Shown here: positions 41,602 to 54,029 of the stretch, piece by piece
How the letters are laid out: the number at the start of each line of letters is the position of its first letter
How positions within the stretch are numbered: position 1 is the first letter of the stretch
Assembly: GCA_965208765.1 (NCBI GenBank)
Contig: OZ242354.1
Location: 1,383,343 to 1,447,342 of the forward strand
Reading direction: 5' to 3'
Source of the DNA: Candidatus Poribacteria bacterium
GTDB taxonomy: Bacteria > Poribacteria > WGA-4E > JAJDTR01
Length of the DNA: 64,000 nucleotides
Program-made: the position numbers and the translations under genes
Notes under the pieces: generated by a model
The model's database searches: none
Seen by the model: the letters and a program-made list of their open reading frames with translations, nothing else
What the model was told of the DNA's origin: nothing

Positions 41602-41941
41602 TGATTAATCTCCTAACACTAGTTCGTTGGAGTGATCTGTTTCTGCTACTCGCTCAAAAACGTATGAGGTGTTGAACAGGTTTACAAACCGATGAGGTCG
41701 CGCTATACTACGAAGGTTTATTTCTACTGATTCTCGCGCTATCGTCGCTCTTTTCCGGAATACAATAGTGTTGCACTTAAAAGGGCGTAATGGATTGGAT
41801 TTTGAAATGATAGCCTACTACAAGAAAATCTGCAATGGAAAAGGGTATTATTTGAACGCATCTTAACGTCACATCTTTTCTTCAGCGTATGAAATCAACC
41901 CTACAGTTGACCGTCAAATTTTAGCAGATTTTGAACATGGT

Positions 41942-44095
41942 GTGGATAATATAATGTCTCTGCCACCATTTGTCAAACAGGCTCTCACTCACATGCATAG
42001 ACCTCCACATCGCATAGCGTTGGGGGTTTTTCTAGCTCTTTGGATCTGCAGCGAATGCTATCCCGCTGCCCCGATCCTCAGAACCATTGAAGCAGTGGTG
42101 ACCGATTCCCCACCGAAGATTGATGGCACGCTCAATGACCTCTGCTGGCAAAAAGCGGCACGGACCGGAGATTTCATTCAATACGGTCCGGCGCCGGGCG
42201 AACCTGCTACCCAGACAACCAAAGTATTCGTTACCTTTGATCGAAATCGACTCTATGTCGGTTTTGAATGTTTCAAGGATGATATGAATCGACTCGCCGC
42301 AAATTCGACGCGGCGGGATTCTCGGTTCTTTTCTGATGATTATGTCGAGGTGTTCCTTGACACATTCCTCGACAGACGTAACTGCTACGCATTCGCATTG
42401 AATCCTCTTGGGACGCAGCGAGATCGCCGAATCATCAATGAAGGCTCAAATGTGAGACGCGGCGGATCCGAGTTAGGTTCCGCGCTTCCGTGGGACTGTG
42501 ATTGGGACGGTCGCGCCGCGGTTCATGCGGACAAGTGGACCGCCGAATTTTCTATTCCCTTTTCCGAGCTCCGTTTTCCCAAATCTCAGAATCCGTCCGT
42601 AGCCTGGGGCGTCAATTTTTGGCGGCACGATGAATCGCGCGAAGAGGAACAATCTTGGGCAAACGTTGGCAACCGCGAATACGCCGTATCGCGTTTTGGC
42701 CGTCTGACGAATCTACCCGTGGACAAACTTGTAACGAAACGATCACTGGAGATTAAACCTTTTGGCGTTGCCAAACCTCAGCAGCTAAACGGCCAAGATC
42801 CGGAAATGAAGGCCGACCTGGGGCTCGATCTGCGTTACCCGTTCTCCAGCATGTCTGTAGATTTCACGATTAACCCCGACTTCGCCCAAATTGAGGCGGA
42901 TCCGGACCGCGTCAATCTGTCGGACATACCGCTGCGTTTTCCGGAAAAGCGACCCTTCTTCTTGGAAGGAAACGAGATTTTTCAGATGCCGGTCGAACTA
43001 TTTTACAGCCGGCGTGTCGGTGATTTGTCTGGGGGCGCGAAGATGGCTGGAAAGCTTGGTGGATACAACCTTGCCGTGCTTAGCGCGCAAGCCGGCCCCG
43101 AGGATCCGGACGAAGAGATTGAGGAGAGGCGCCTACCCTTGGGTGAATACAACTATTCCGTCTTTCGTTTGCAGCGAGAGTTGGGCAGAACCTCGTCAAT
43201 TGGGTTTCTGGGAGTGAACAAACAGCGTGGGAGTTTATACGATCGGGCTTCCGGAGCGGATGCCCGATTCACGTTGCCGGGCAACGTAGACCTTAATCTC
43301 GAATACGCGAGAGAATGGAAATCCGGCGTCAAGAGCGACGACTTGATTTTTGCCCAATTATTGCGTCGCACGAACCGCTTCTCATTTGATATACGTTACA
43401 CCGACATCGGCGAACATTTCGATCTGGAGACGGGGTTTATTCCACGCATCAACCGCCGCGGGCTTTTTCTTTCTACTCGGTATACCAAGCATTATGAGGG
43501 GCTGTTGAAACGCCTGCGGGGCGGCGTAAGATATGAGCGTTTGGAAAACCATGCCGGATATCGCACCAACGAGCAACGAGGAATTAACGGATCAATCAGA
43601 ATCCAAGACTTTTTCCTCTGGCTTGGTCCCCAGTGGTACTTCCATGTAACCGAGGAGCGCATCGCTTATACAGATAAAGTCGTCAGGTTTTACGTGGGCT
43701 GGTCACCGCCCAAGTGGGTCTCAATTCGGAACTTTGGGTCGGTGGGGGTGCGTGATGATAAGGATACCTTTTTCATTAGACCCGAGATCACCCTGCGTCC
43801 CACCTCCAAGCTAAGTTTTGAAATCATAATGCAGCGTCTGATTGAAGACCGCGAACTTACGGAATGGACACGGCGTTTCACGGTCAACTACCAATTCGCG
43901 CAACGCATGTACGCTAGAACCACCTCGGAATTCACCATAGAAAACGAACGGCGCATCTTCCTCCTATTTGCATATGAATATCGTCCTGAATGCACCTTCT
44001 TTATTGTCTATAACGACAATCGAGACGAAGAGGACGATACCGAGCGCATCCTATTTATCAAGATTTCACATCTGTTTAAGTTGGGGGTGTGGTAG
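41942..44095 (+). CDS. CBM9-like carbohydrate-binding domain plus DUF5916 beta-barrel protein
   Basis: N-terminal CBM9-like region (IDGTLNDLCWQKAA...FVTFDRNRLYVGFEC...VEVFLD...AFALNPLG) followed by a domain of about 450 aa rich in beta-strand sequence. Confidence 0.6.
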   Translation: MDNIMSLPPFVKQALTHMHRPPHRIALGVFLALWICSECYPAAPILRTIEAVVTDSPPKIDGTLNDLCWQKAARTGDFIQYGPAPGEPATQTTKVFVTFDRNRLYVGFECFKDDMNRLAANSTRRDSRFFSDDYVEVFLDTFLDRRNCYAFALNPLGTQRDRRIINEGSNVRRGGSELGSALPWDCDWDGRAAVHADKWTAEFSIPFSELRFPKSQNPSVAWGVNFWRHDESREEEQSWANVGNREYAVSRFGRLTNLPVDKLVTKRSLEIKPFGVAKPQQLNGQDPEMKADLGLDLRYPFSSMSVDFTINPDFAQIEADPDRVNLSDIPLRFPEKRPFFLEGNEIFQMPVELFYSRRVGDLSGGAKMAGKLGGYNLAVLSAQAGPEDPDEEIEERRLPLGEYNYSVFRLQRELGRTSSIGFLGVNKQRGSLYDRASGADARFTLPGNVDLNLEYAREWKSGVKSDDLIFAQLLRRTNRFSFDIRYTDIGEHFDLETGFIPRINRRGLFLSTRYTKHYEGLLKRLRGGVRYERLENHAGYRTNEQRGINGSIRIQDFFLWLGPQWYFHVTEERIAYTDKVVRFYVGWSPPKWVSIRNFGSVGVRDDKDTFFIRPEITLRPTSKLSFEIIMQRLIEDRELTEWTRRFTVNYQFAQRMYARTTSEFTIENERRIFLLFAYEYRPECTFFIVYNDNRDEEDDTERILFIKISHLFKLGVW

Positions 44096-44329
44096 AGCTA
44101 TTTTGGCTGTCGTCGTGATTTGGCGGTTTTATCCTGCACGAACCAATCTGTTCAACCCGTAGCTTGGGGTAAGTGTACCTCTTTCACGTTGACACACCTC
44201 CGTCCCGTTGGTTAGAATCTCCCGACGATAAGATCCTTGGCACAATCAACCTTCCGACCAAAACATCCTAGCTCCATGCACCGAACGTCAGGCTTACCTG
44301 CGAGAATCTCGAATCGCGCGAACAGATCT

Positions 44330-45871
44330 ATGAAACATCATCGAAATACCATTCTCGCCATTCTTTCCGGCATTCTTCTTGTCCTGAGCCACCCCAGTTT
44401 TAACCTGTTCCCGCTCGCATGGATAGGACTTGTACCACTTTTGATAGCCGTAAAGTCCGTCCCAAACGTAAAATCCGCCTTCCGGATCGGTTATATTTCT
44501 GGATTGACGTTCTTCGGGGGGCTAATCTACTGGATTGTGCTGCTCTACCCGTTTGCAAACATTTTTGTCACTGTGCTGGGATATGCGGCTCTGGTCGCCT
44601 ACGCGGCTCTGTACTTCGCCGTCTTTTCACTCGCGGTGCATCAGTTGCCGCGAAAATCGGGGATGTCGTTCATTTTTCCGGCAGCGCTGTTTTGGACAGG
44701 GTTGGAGTGGATTAGGAGTTGGTTACTGACAGGTTTTCCGTGGGGTAGCATGGGCTACTCCCAGTGGAGCAATCACGCCGCCATCCAAATCTCCTCCATC
44801 ACCGGGGTCTACGGCGTTAGCTTCGTTATCGTGCTTTTCAACGCGGCAATCGCGTACTTAGTCATCTCGTCTTCCAACTGGCGAAGTGCAATCAAGGGAG
44901 TTGTATTCCCGGTCGCCATTGCGGCACTCACGTTCGCCTACGGCGCGTTCTGCTTATCCAATTCAGGAAGTGCGGCAGCGCGCGTTAAACTCGGGCTTGT
45001 TCCCGGTCATATACCGCAAGCCGAGAAGTGGAAATCGAAACACGCCCCCCGGATCTTCAAGCGATACCTTCGTTTAACCGAAAAAGCGAATGCCGCTAAC
45101 CCGGATATGGTCGTGTGGCCCGAAACTTCTATTCACCCCCAAATAACCTCCGGGCAGGCGAAATCGTATAAAAAACAGCTATCCGAAACGCTGCAAAACG
45201 GCCAAATCTATCTCCTTGCCGGCACGGCAGTCAGAGGGGTTGACAAGAAGGTATACAACAGTGTCTTGCTGCTCTCTCCATCGAACGAGAAACTCGGCAA
45301 CTATTCCAAGATGCATTTGGTGCCTTTCGGGGAATATGTGCCGTTCTCCAGCGCCCTTCCGAACTTCATCCAATTCGAGACATTCGCACCCGGAAAGTCG
45401 ATCAACCTTTTGCCGCTCGCCGATATAGAAGATGCCGAAATGGGAATTGCCATCTGTTTTGAGTCGGTGTTCCCCAATCTCTTTCGCAAGTTCGTGGCGA
45501 AGGGGGCAGACATTATGGGTATCTTGACCAACGATTCTTGGTTTGTAGGCACGACTGCACCCGCCCAACATCTATCCGCCGCGCCGTTCCGAGCCGTCGA
45601 AAACCGCATCTCCGTTTTCCGCTGTGCCAACGGAGGAATCTCCTGCATAATCGATCCGTTCGGGAGGATAACCAGTCGCACTATCACCCCAGCCCAACCC
45701 GATGGCGTTCTGGTAGAAGAAGTGCCTCTGAAAAATCATCAGAGCACAGGGGCGACGCTTTACACGCGCTACGGCGATTGGTTTCCCATTCTCTGTTTGT
45801 TGGCGAGCCTCGTACTAATTGGTCATCGAAACCGGACTTGGCTTCACTCCAAACTTCGGCGCGCCACCTGA
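44330..45871 (+). CDS. lnt: apolipoprotein N-acyltransferase
   Basis: N-terminal multi-transmembrane region followed by a CN-hydrolase domain (MVVWPETS...; catalytic Cys region AICFESVFP). The start was chosen at the Met immediately preceding the first transmembrane helix. The track ORF begins at 44237. Confidence 0.8.
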   Translation: MKHHRNTILAILSGILLVLSHPSFNLFPLAWIGLVPLLIAVKSVPNVKSAFRIGYISGLTFFGGLIYWIVLLYPFANIFVTVLGYAALVAYAALYFAVFSLAVHQLPRKSGMSFIFPAALFWTGLEWIRSWLLTGFPWGSMGYSQWSNHAAIQISSITGVYGVSFVIVLFNAAIAYLVISSSNWRSAIKGVVFPVAIAALTFAYGAFCLSNSGSAAARVKLGLVPGHIPQAEKWKSKHAPRIFKRYLRLTEKANAANPDMVVWPETSIHPQITSGQAKSYKKQLSETLQNGQIYLLAGTAVRGVDKKVYNSVLLLSPSNEKLGNYSKMHLVPFGEYVPFSSALPNFIQFETFAPGKSINLLPLADIEDAEMGIAICFESVFPNLFRKFVAKGADIMGILTNDSWFVGTTAPAQHLSAAPFRAVENRISVFRCANGGISCIIDPFGRITSRTITPAQPDGVLVEEVPLKNHQSTGATLYTRYGDWFPILCLLASLVLIGHRNRTWLHSKLRRAT

Positions 45872-46495
45872 ACAACACCGGATTCCTCAAACCCTGTAGG
45901 AGCGAGCAAGCGAACGGCCAGTGAGTGCAATGGAGTTTCGCTCCTGGTCGCGACCAAACCAATCCTCGATCGCCAACTACGCGATTTCCGCTTCCCTTCT
46001 AGTCATTGTTCCGCTCTCCAATCGTCCGCGTACAACCGATCCCTGCACCAAGTCGCCACAGCCCACTGCTTTTAGCCCTACTGTGCGATATTGTCGGCAT
46101 CTGATCAAAGATTCGTTTTGTCCCAATACTGAGGGTATCGAGATCGGGGTATCAGACACGGGATTTGCACCTCGAAAAACCTTACCTGAACATATCCAAA
46201 TTTCTTTTGGTGCCAGGTGCAAATTTCAGATGCTGTTTCCGCGGGCGACATCCGAGAAATGGTTGCCAAAATGCGGCGGCAATGTTAACATTCTACCGGA
46301 AAAAGTCGCGGTCTATGCCGCGAGCCGCATCAACTGGAGGACAGCGCGGAGATGCAGTTAGCCTTTATTGAGGGGGATTGTGAGAATTACACCAATTCTC
46401 ATGCATCGAATGCCGGAAAGTTGTCCGAGGCCTCTTTTCAGGAGTATGAAGCGGTTTCGGATGATGATATTGACGCACTCATTGATGAGATGAAG

Positions 46496-47034
46496 CCACT
46501 AAGTGGTTCATTCGCTAAGAATTTAATGCTTACGAGACTGGCACAAAAAACTGTTCTACCACGCCGGTAGGTGCGGTTTCTAACCGCACCGGCTCCCAAC
46601 ACTAACCATATTTTTTTGGAAAATAAACCACTTAGTGGTCTATTCTCTAAGTATTTAATGCTTACGAGACTGGCACGAGAAACCGTTCTACCACGCCGGT
46701 AGGTGCGGTTTCTAACCGCACCGGCTCCCAACACTAACCATATTTTTTTAGAAAATAAACCACTAAGTGGTCTATTCGCTAAGAATTTAATGCTTACGAG
46801 ACTGGCACAAAAAACTGTTCTACCACGCCGGTAGGTGCGGTTTCTAACCGCACCGGCTCCCAACACTAACCATATTTTTTTGGAAAATAAACCACTAAGT
46901 GGTCTATTCGCTAAGAATTTAACGCTTGCGAGACTGGCACAAGAAACTGTTCTACCACGCCGGTAGGTGCGGTTTCTAACCGCACCGGCTCCCAACACTA
47001 ACCATATTTTTTTGGAAAATAAACCACTAAGTGA
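46496..47034. repeat. tandem array of 4.1 units of the 132-bp hairpin repeat
   Basis: Unit starts at 46496, 46628, 46760, 46892 and 47024, an exact 132-bp period. The units are over 90% identical and each contains the hairpin ccgg-ta-ggtgcggtt-tct-aaccgcacc-gg. Confidence 0.9.
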
Positions 47035-47059
47035 AAAATAATGAGGGTAGGAGATAGTA

Positions 47060-47404
47060 ATGGAAGAATGGATTAAGTTTATCGCCCTACTGGTCGGGAT
47101 TGTGGGGTTGTGGTGGAAGCTCACCACCTCGATGGCGACCAAAGCGGAAGTAACGGCAGTAAAGACCGAACTCAGGGTTGAAATAGCTGAGGTTAAGGCG
47201 GACCTCAAAGAAGATATAGCCGAGGTAAAATCCGACATGGCAGCCATGAAAGGGGAGCTAAAATCTGAAATTGCCGAGTTGAAATCCGACATGGCGGGCA
47301 TGAAGGCAGATATCAAAGCGGAGAATGCAGAGCTAAGGGCGGACATCAGGGAGATTCGGCAACTGCTATACAAAAACGTTGTCGAGACCGAGAAGCATGA
47401 ATAA
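47060..47404 (+). CDS. small membrane-anchored protein with 11-residue amphipathic (apolipoprotein/LEA-like) repeats
   Basis: N-terminal transmembrane helix (FIALLVGIVGLWW), then 11-mer repeats EIAEVKADLKE/DIAEVKSDMAA/MKGELKSEIAE/LKSDMAGMKAD/IKAENAELRAD. A GGAG ribosome-binding site lies 7 nt upstream. Confidence 0.5.
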   Translation: MEEWIKFIALLVGIVGLWWKLTTSMATKAEVTAVKTELRVEIAEVKADLKEDIAEVKSDMAAMKGELKSEIAELKSDMAGMKADIKAENAELRADIREIRQLLYKNVVETEKHE

Positions 47405-47863
47405 TCGAGATGCGGTGTCGCGCGACGGTAACAGGTATTCGCAAATTGATGTTTTGCGGAACCCTCTCCGTCTATCTGCAAGAGAATCTCTTGAAAACGA
47501 CAGTGAATAAGGTATAGTCATGATAGATTTATTTCTACTATGGCGGTGGATGAAAAAAGAACGCGACGGTGAGACTCGATTGGCAAAACAAAGGGGTAGA
47601 ATAGAAGGGGCAAATGCGAGGGATAAAGTATGGATTTCGTGGTACGAGCGCAAGATGCAAGCGGAGCAGAATGGTGTTGAGTTTGATGAACCTCCGCCTC
47701 ATTTAGTGCCGCGCAAGCGTGCTAAAATAGTTAGGAGGTAAAGAGAGATTGTGACGCCGACAATGCGAAGCGAATTGGTAGGTATTGGGAGACTGGGCAG
47801 GGGATTTCTATCGCACTCCCTGATCGGTCGTTTGATTGCTCCCACTGCCCATATCCGCCGAGA

Positions 47864-50182
<2,319 letters not shown>

Positions 50183-50185
50183 TCA

Positions 50186-50204
50186 CCTACCTCTAAAGGG
50201 TAGG
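50186..50204. promoter_or_regulatory. perfect inverted repeat cctacc-N7-ggtagg about 135 bp upstream of katG (candidate operator)
   Basis: cctacctctaaagggtagg lies in the katG 5' region. Confidence 0.25.
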
Positions 50205-50707
50205 GTTCTTAAACGCTTGCTAGGCTCTGCCTAACAATCCCTCCAACAAATATCCCCAAAATGGAATGTCATTCCTATTGTGCCTGTAAACCTCTAGATA
50301 CCTGATTAACACCAATCTAAAGGTTGCTTATTTGTGGTATAGATTTGCGTTGGCACTTCAGCCCTCATATTCTCATAGAACCCAATCATTGTCAAGCATA
50401 AGTGTCGGATTGTCGAGGCGAATGGTGCCAAGGTGCGGACAGCCGAATAAACTATCTCTCGGACTCGAAAATTCGGCTTCACCCGAGCTATACTACTGCG
50501 CCGGGAAGTTTCTTGAACGGTTCAGATTCGCCAGATTGGCTCACCTGAATCGCTCTCCTTTCCGTCTAAAGACCAGAGAGACGCGTTCCGTAAAGATTCC
50601 GCTAGGGGCATCAAATGGAAGATGGCACACCATACGCCATGGAACGTGCTATCCCACAGCCGTGTGACTGACCACTAACCACCAGCCACTGGTCATTGCG
50701 TTTCGAT

Positions 50708-50745
50708 TGACAACTTTACATAACTCAAGTATAATTTGGAGGAAA
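50708..50745 (+). promoter_or_regulatory. consensus sigma-70 promoter (TTGACA, 17-bp spacer, TATAAT) with no clear gene downstream
   Basis: ttgacaactttacataactcaagtataat in the 1.27-kb katG/prfB divergent intergenic region. Confidence 0.5.
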
Positions 50746-51319
50746 TGGAGGCGTAGTGCCAAAGAAAGTACGAACCCCTGAAATCCTGACGACCAATATT
50801 TTGCTCGTGGCAAAGGTTTTTTCTCACAACCAAATACCGTCACAAAACACAAACTTTTTCTTCTGTACCTATTCTGTACCTATTTTATTCACATCCATAA
50901 TGCCGGGAACCCGCGCCGTTAAAGGAAACGTATATCTCGAAACATGTGAACACCCCCTTAAAATTGGCTTGCTGTTCACATTCTTGTACCTATCTTCTGT
51001 CCCTATTTTTCAAAAAAAATGTGAACAAAGCATACCTAAACTCTTAAAAAAGTGCGATGAGTATACATTATTTCACGTGAGCCGCACCTTCATATTAATC
51101 CGCTTTTTTCTTTAGAATGAGATCTTCAAAGCGATTCGAGGGGACAGACAGTCCCCAAATCGAGTGAACATCCAGCACGATAGAGCACCCGTAGCAATCC
51201 CACTCATTTCGCCTCTTACGGCTCTAGGGCACTTTCTTCGCTGACCACCAAGTGAGTGAATAGCGAGTGCGGTAGAGATCCACTAATCACTAACCACTGA
51301 CTTTGAAAGGAAACAACCT

Positions 51320-52427
51320 ATGATAGCAGATCTAAAGTCCGATGTTGATAGCATGAACACACGACTCGCCGAACTCCGGAGGTATCTTTGACCTGGAGAA
51401 CAAAGAGAATGAACTGGCGGATCTAGACGTAGAGTTTTCAAAACCCGACTTTTGGAACAACCCGCAGCAAGCCCAGAAAACCAGCCAGCGAATGGCGCAA
51501 CTCCGCAACGAGGTAACACAGTACAACGAGATTGAATCCGAATTACAGAATCTCCAAGTGTTGGTTGACCTCGCTATTGAAGAAGACGATGAGAGTTTCA
51601 ACGATGAGATTGATGCCGGGCTGAAGGAAATCTCCAAGCAGGTTGAAGACATCGAACTCAAGCTGATGCTTGACGGGGAACATGACATCAACAACGCACT
51701 ACTGTATATCCATCCCGGCGCAGGAGGTACCGAATCGCAAGATTGGGCATCCATGCTGATGCGTATGTACATTCGTTGGTGCGAACGCAGCGGCTATAAA
51801 ACGGAAACCCTCGACCTGACTCCGGGCGATGAAGCCGGCATCAAGACTGCCACAATACTCGTAACGGGAGAATTTGCGTTTGGATATCTGCATGCGGAAG
51901 CAGGAATACATCGGCTAGTCCGCCTGTCACCGTTTGACTTCAACCACCGTCGTCATACCTCCTTTGCCGCTGTCGCCGTCAGCCCCGAAATCGATGATAC
52001 CATCGAAGTCGAAATCGACCCCGCCGACTTGAGAATTGACTACTATCGTTCAAGCGGAGCAGGCGGACAACACGTGAACGTTACCGATTCTGCAGTCCGC
52101 ATGACTCATCTCCCTACCGGAATTGTTGTGCAGTGCCAAAATGAACGCTCACAGCACAAGAACCGTGAAGTCGCGATGAAAATCCTACGTTCCCGGCTGT
52201 ACGAGTTTTATGAGGCACAGCGGCGTGAGGAGATTTCCAAGATGCAGGGGGAACGGCTCGATATCAACTTTGGAAGTCAAATTCGCTCTTATGTGTTGCA
52301 TCCCTACCGACTCGTCAAGGACCTGCGCACCAACGTTGAAACCGGTAACGTGGATTCGGTCATGGACGGAGATTTGAACGCCTTCATCGAGGGCTATCTG
52401 AAACACAAGCAAGGACACAAGTCATGA
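51320..52427 (+). CDS. prfB: peptide chain release factor 2, with programmed +1 ribosomal frameshift
   Basis: Frame 0: MIADLKSDVDSMNTRLAELRRYL then TGA at 51389-51391. Immediately upstream is the canonical shift cassette GGAGG-TAT-CTT-TGA-C. Frame +1 from 51390 reads DLENKENELADLD...MAQLRNE... through the SPF and GGQ motifs to the stop at 52427. Confidence 0.9.
51371..51392 (+). other. prfB +1 frameshift site (internal SD-like GGAGG, slippery CUU, UGA-C stop context)
   Basis: ccggaggtatctttgacc. Confidence 0.85.
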
Positions 52428-52516
52428 CATGATTCGCCCGCGGAGGCGCCATGTCCATAACCCCTGATTTTGGTTGCCTAAATCGGCGTCGCGTGCTATA
52501 CTAAGAGCGTTATAGC

Positions 52517-54016
52517 TTGACGGACATTGAAGGGACAGGAAAATTGGAAGCGCCCAGTGATCTGATTGCACAGCGCCGAGAAAAGTTGGAAGAAATCCGA
52601 AATCTCGGCGCAAATCCATATCCGTACCGATACTCGCCAACACACACCACTTCTGAAATCCATCGACAGTTCGCCGAAGTCCAAGAAACTCCTGACGAAA
52701 GTAAACCAATCTGCATTGCCGGGCGTATCATGACCAAGCGGGATCACGGCAAGAGTAGCTTTGCCAATGTGCAGGATTCCGAAGGACAGATTCAAATTTA
52801 CGTCCGCCAGAATGTCGTCGGTGCAGATGTTTACGATATCTACAAGATGCTTGACGTTGGCGACATCGTCGGCGTAAAAGGGGTTGTTTTCCGCACTCGA
52901 ACGGGTGAACTCACGGTCCTGGCAAGTGACATCCAACTCCTGTCCAAATCGCTTCGTCCACTACCGGAAAAATGGCACGGTCTGCAGGACAAGGAAACTC
53001 GCTATCGTCAGCGTTACGCCGATCTGATCATGAATCGCGAGGTAAAGGAGGTATTTGCCAAGCGAACCTTAATCGTTCAGGCTATCCGTGATTATCTGAA
53101 TGCCGTAGATTTTATTGAAGTTGAAACGCCGGTACTTCAACCAATTTATGGCGGAGCGAATGCGCGGCCATTTGTCACCCACCACAATACGCTGGACCAG
53201 ACGCTCTACTTGCGCATTGCGAATGAGCTCTATCTGAAGCGCTTGATTGTCGGGGGATTTGATCGAGTGTACGAGTTCTCAAAGGATTTTCGGAATGAAG
53301 GCATGGACCGCGATCACAATCCCGAATTTACGATGCTTGAGTTGTATCAGGCTTATGCGGACTACGAAGATATCATGTGCCTCACGGAACAACTGATCGC
53401 TCACACCGCGAAAGAGGTGGTCGGAAGCACCGGGATAACCTTTCAGGGCGAAGAAATATCGCTGGAACCGCCGTGGCAGCGGCTCACCATGACCGAGTCA
53501 ATCGGTGCGGAGACCGGGATTGATGTAGAATCCCTCAATGACAGCGCACTGCAGGATGCCGCGTTAGATGCAAACGTCGACTTGGATGGAATTGAATCGA
53601 GAGGGGAAACCATAGCGGCGATGTTTGATTCACTTGTCGAACCCAATCTGATTCAACCTACGTTCATCTGCGACTACCCGATCGAGGTGTCGCCGTTTGC
53701 CAAAAAGAAGCGGGGCGACGAACGATTTGTGGAGCGGTTCGAGTACTTCATGGTGGGCATGGAAATGGGCAACGCCTTCAGCGAACTGAACGATCCGATT
53801 GACCAACGTGAGCGATTTATAGAGCAGGGAAAGAAACTCGAAGCCGGGGACGAGGAAGCATTCATGGTCGACGAGGATTATCTCCGGGCGATGGAATACG
53901 GTATGCCTCCAACAGGCGGTCTCGGATTTGGCGTCGATCGACTTACCATGTTGCTAACGGATCAACGATCTATTCGGGATGTCATCTTTTTCCCGCAGAT
54001 GCGCCCCGAAGACTAA
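52517..54016 (+). CDS. lysS: lysine--tRNA ligase (class II)
   Basis: Class II motifs (FRNEGMDRDHNPEFTMLELY; ...GGLGFGVDRLTMLLT). Probable TTG start. It sits in the classic prfB-lysS arrangement. Confidence 0.92.
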   Translation: MTDIEGTGKLEAPSDLIAQRREKLEEIRNLGANPYPYRYSPTHTTSEIHRQFAEVQETPDESKPICIAGRIMTKRDHGKSSFANVQDSEGQIQIYVRQNVVGADVYDIYKMLDVGDIVGVKGVVFRTRTGELTVLASDIQLLSKSLRPLPEKWHGLQDKETRYRQRYADLIMNREVKEVFAKRTLIVQAIRDYLNAVDFIEVETPVLQPIYGGANARPFVTHHNTLDQTLYLRIANELYLKRLIVGGFDRVYEFSKDFRNEGMDRDHNPEFTMLELYQAYADYEDIMCLTEQLIAHTAKEVVGSTGITFQGEEISLEPPWQRLTMTESIGAETGIDVESLNDSALQDAALDANVDLDGIESRGETIAAMFDSLVEPNLIQPTFICDYPIEVSPFAKKKRGDERFVERFEYFMVGMEMGNAFSELNDPIDQRERFIEQGKKLEAGDEEAFMVDEDYLRAMEYGMPPTGGLGFGVDRLTMLLTDQRSIRDVIFFPQMRPED

Positions 54017-54029
54017 CTCCAATACCGAT

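Noticed and set aside
44237-44329. Upstream extension of lnt (track ORF starts at 44237)
   Set aside because: The extra 31 residues are hydrophilic and are not part of the conserved Lnt N-terminal transmembrane helix. The Met at 44330 directly precedes the first transmembrane helix. The extension is kept only as an alternative start.
46496-47034. Possible CRISPR array
   Set aside because: The units are 132 bp and near-identical along their whole length, with no alternating unique spacers. No cas genes are nearby. It is a simple tandem repeat, not CRISPR.
46438-47481. 347-aa minus-strand ORF spanning the tandem array
   Set aside because: Its peptide is itself internally repetitive (LSGLFSKKIWLVLGAGAVRNRTYRRGRTV... 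four times) purely because it reads through the 132-bp DNA repeats. The same pseudo-ORFs (…SGLFSKKIWLLLGAGAV…) appear antisense to every dispersed copy (14577-14765, 25067-25375, 30553-30774). These are artefacts of the repeat, not genes.
50756-51115. 119-aa ORF downstream of the consensus promoter
   Set aside because: It is low-complexity (runs of F, L and poly-pyrimidine codons) with no motif. It is more likely non-coding leader or sRNA sequence.
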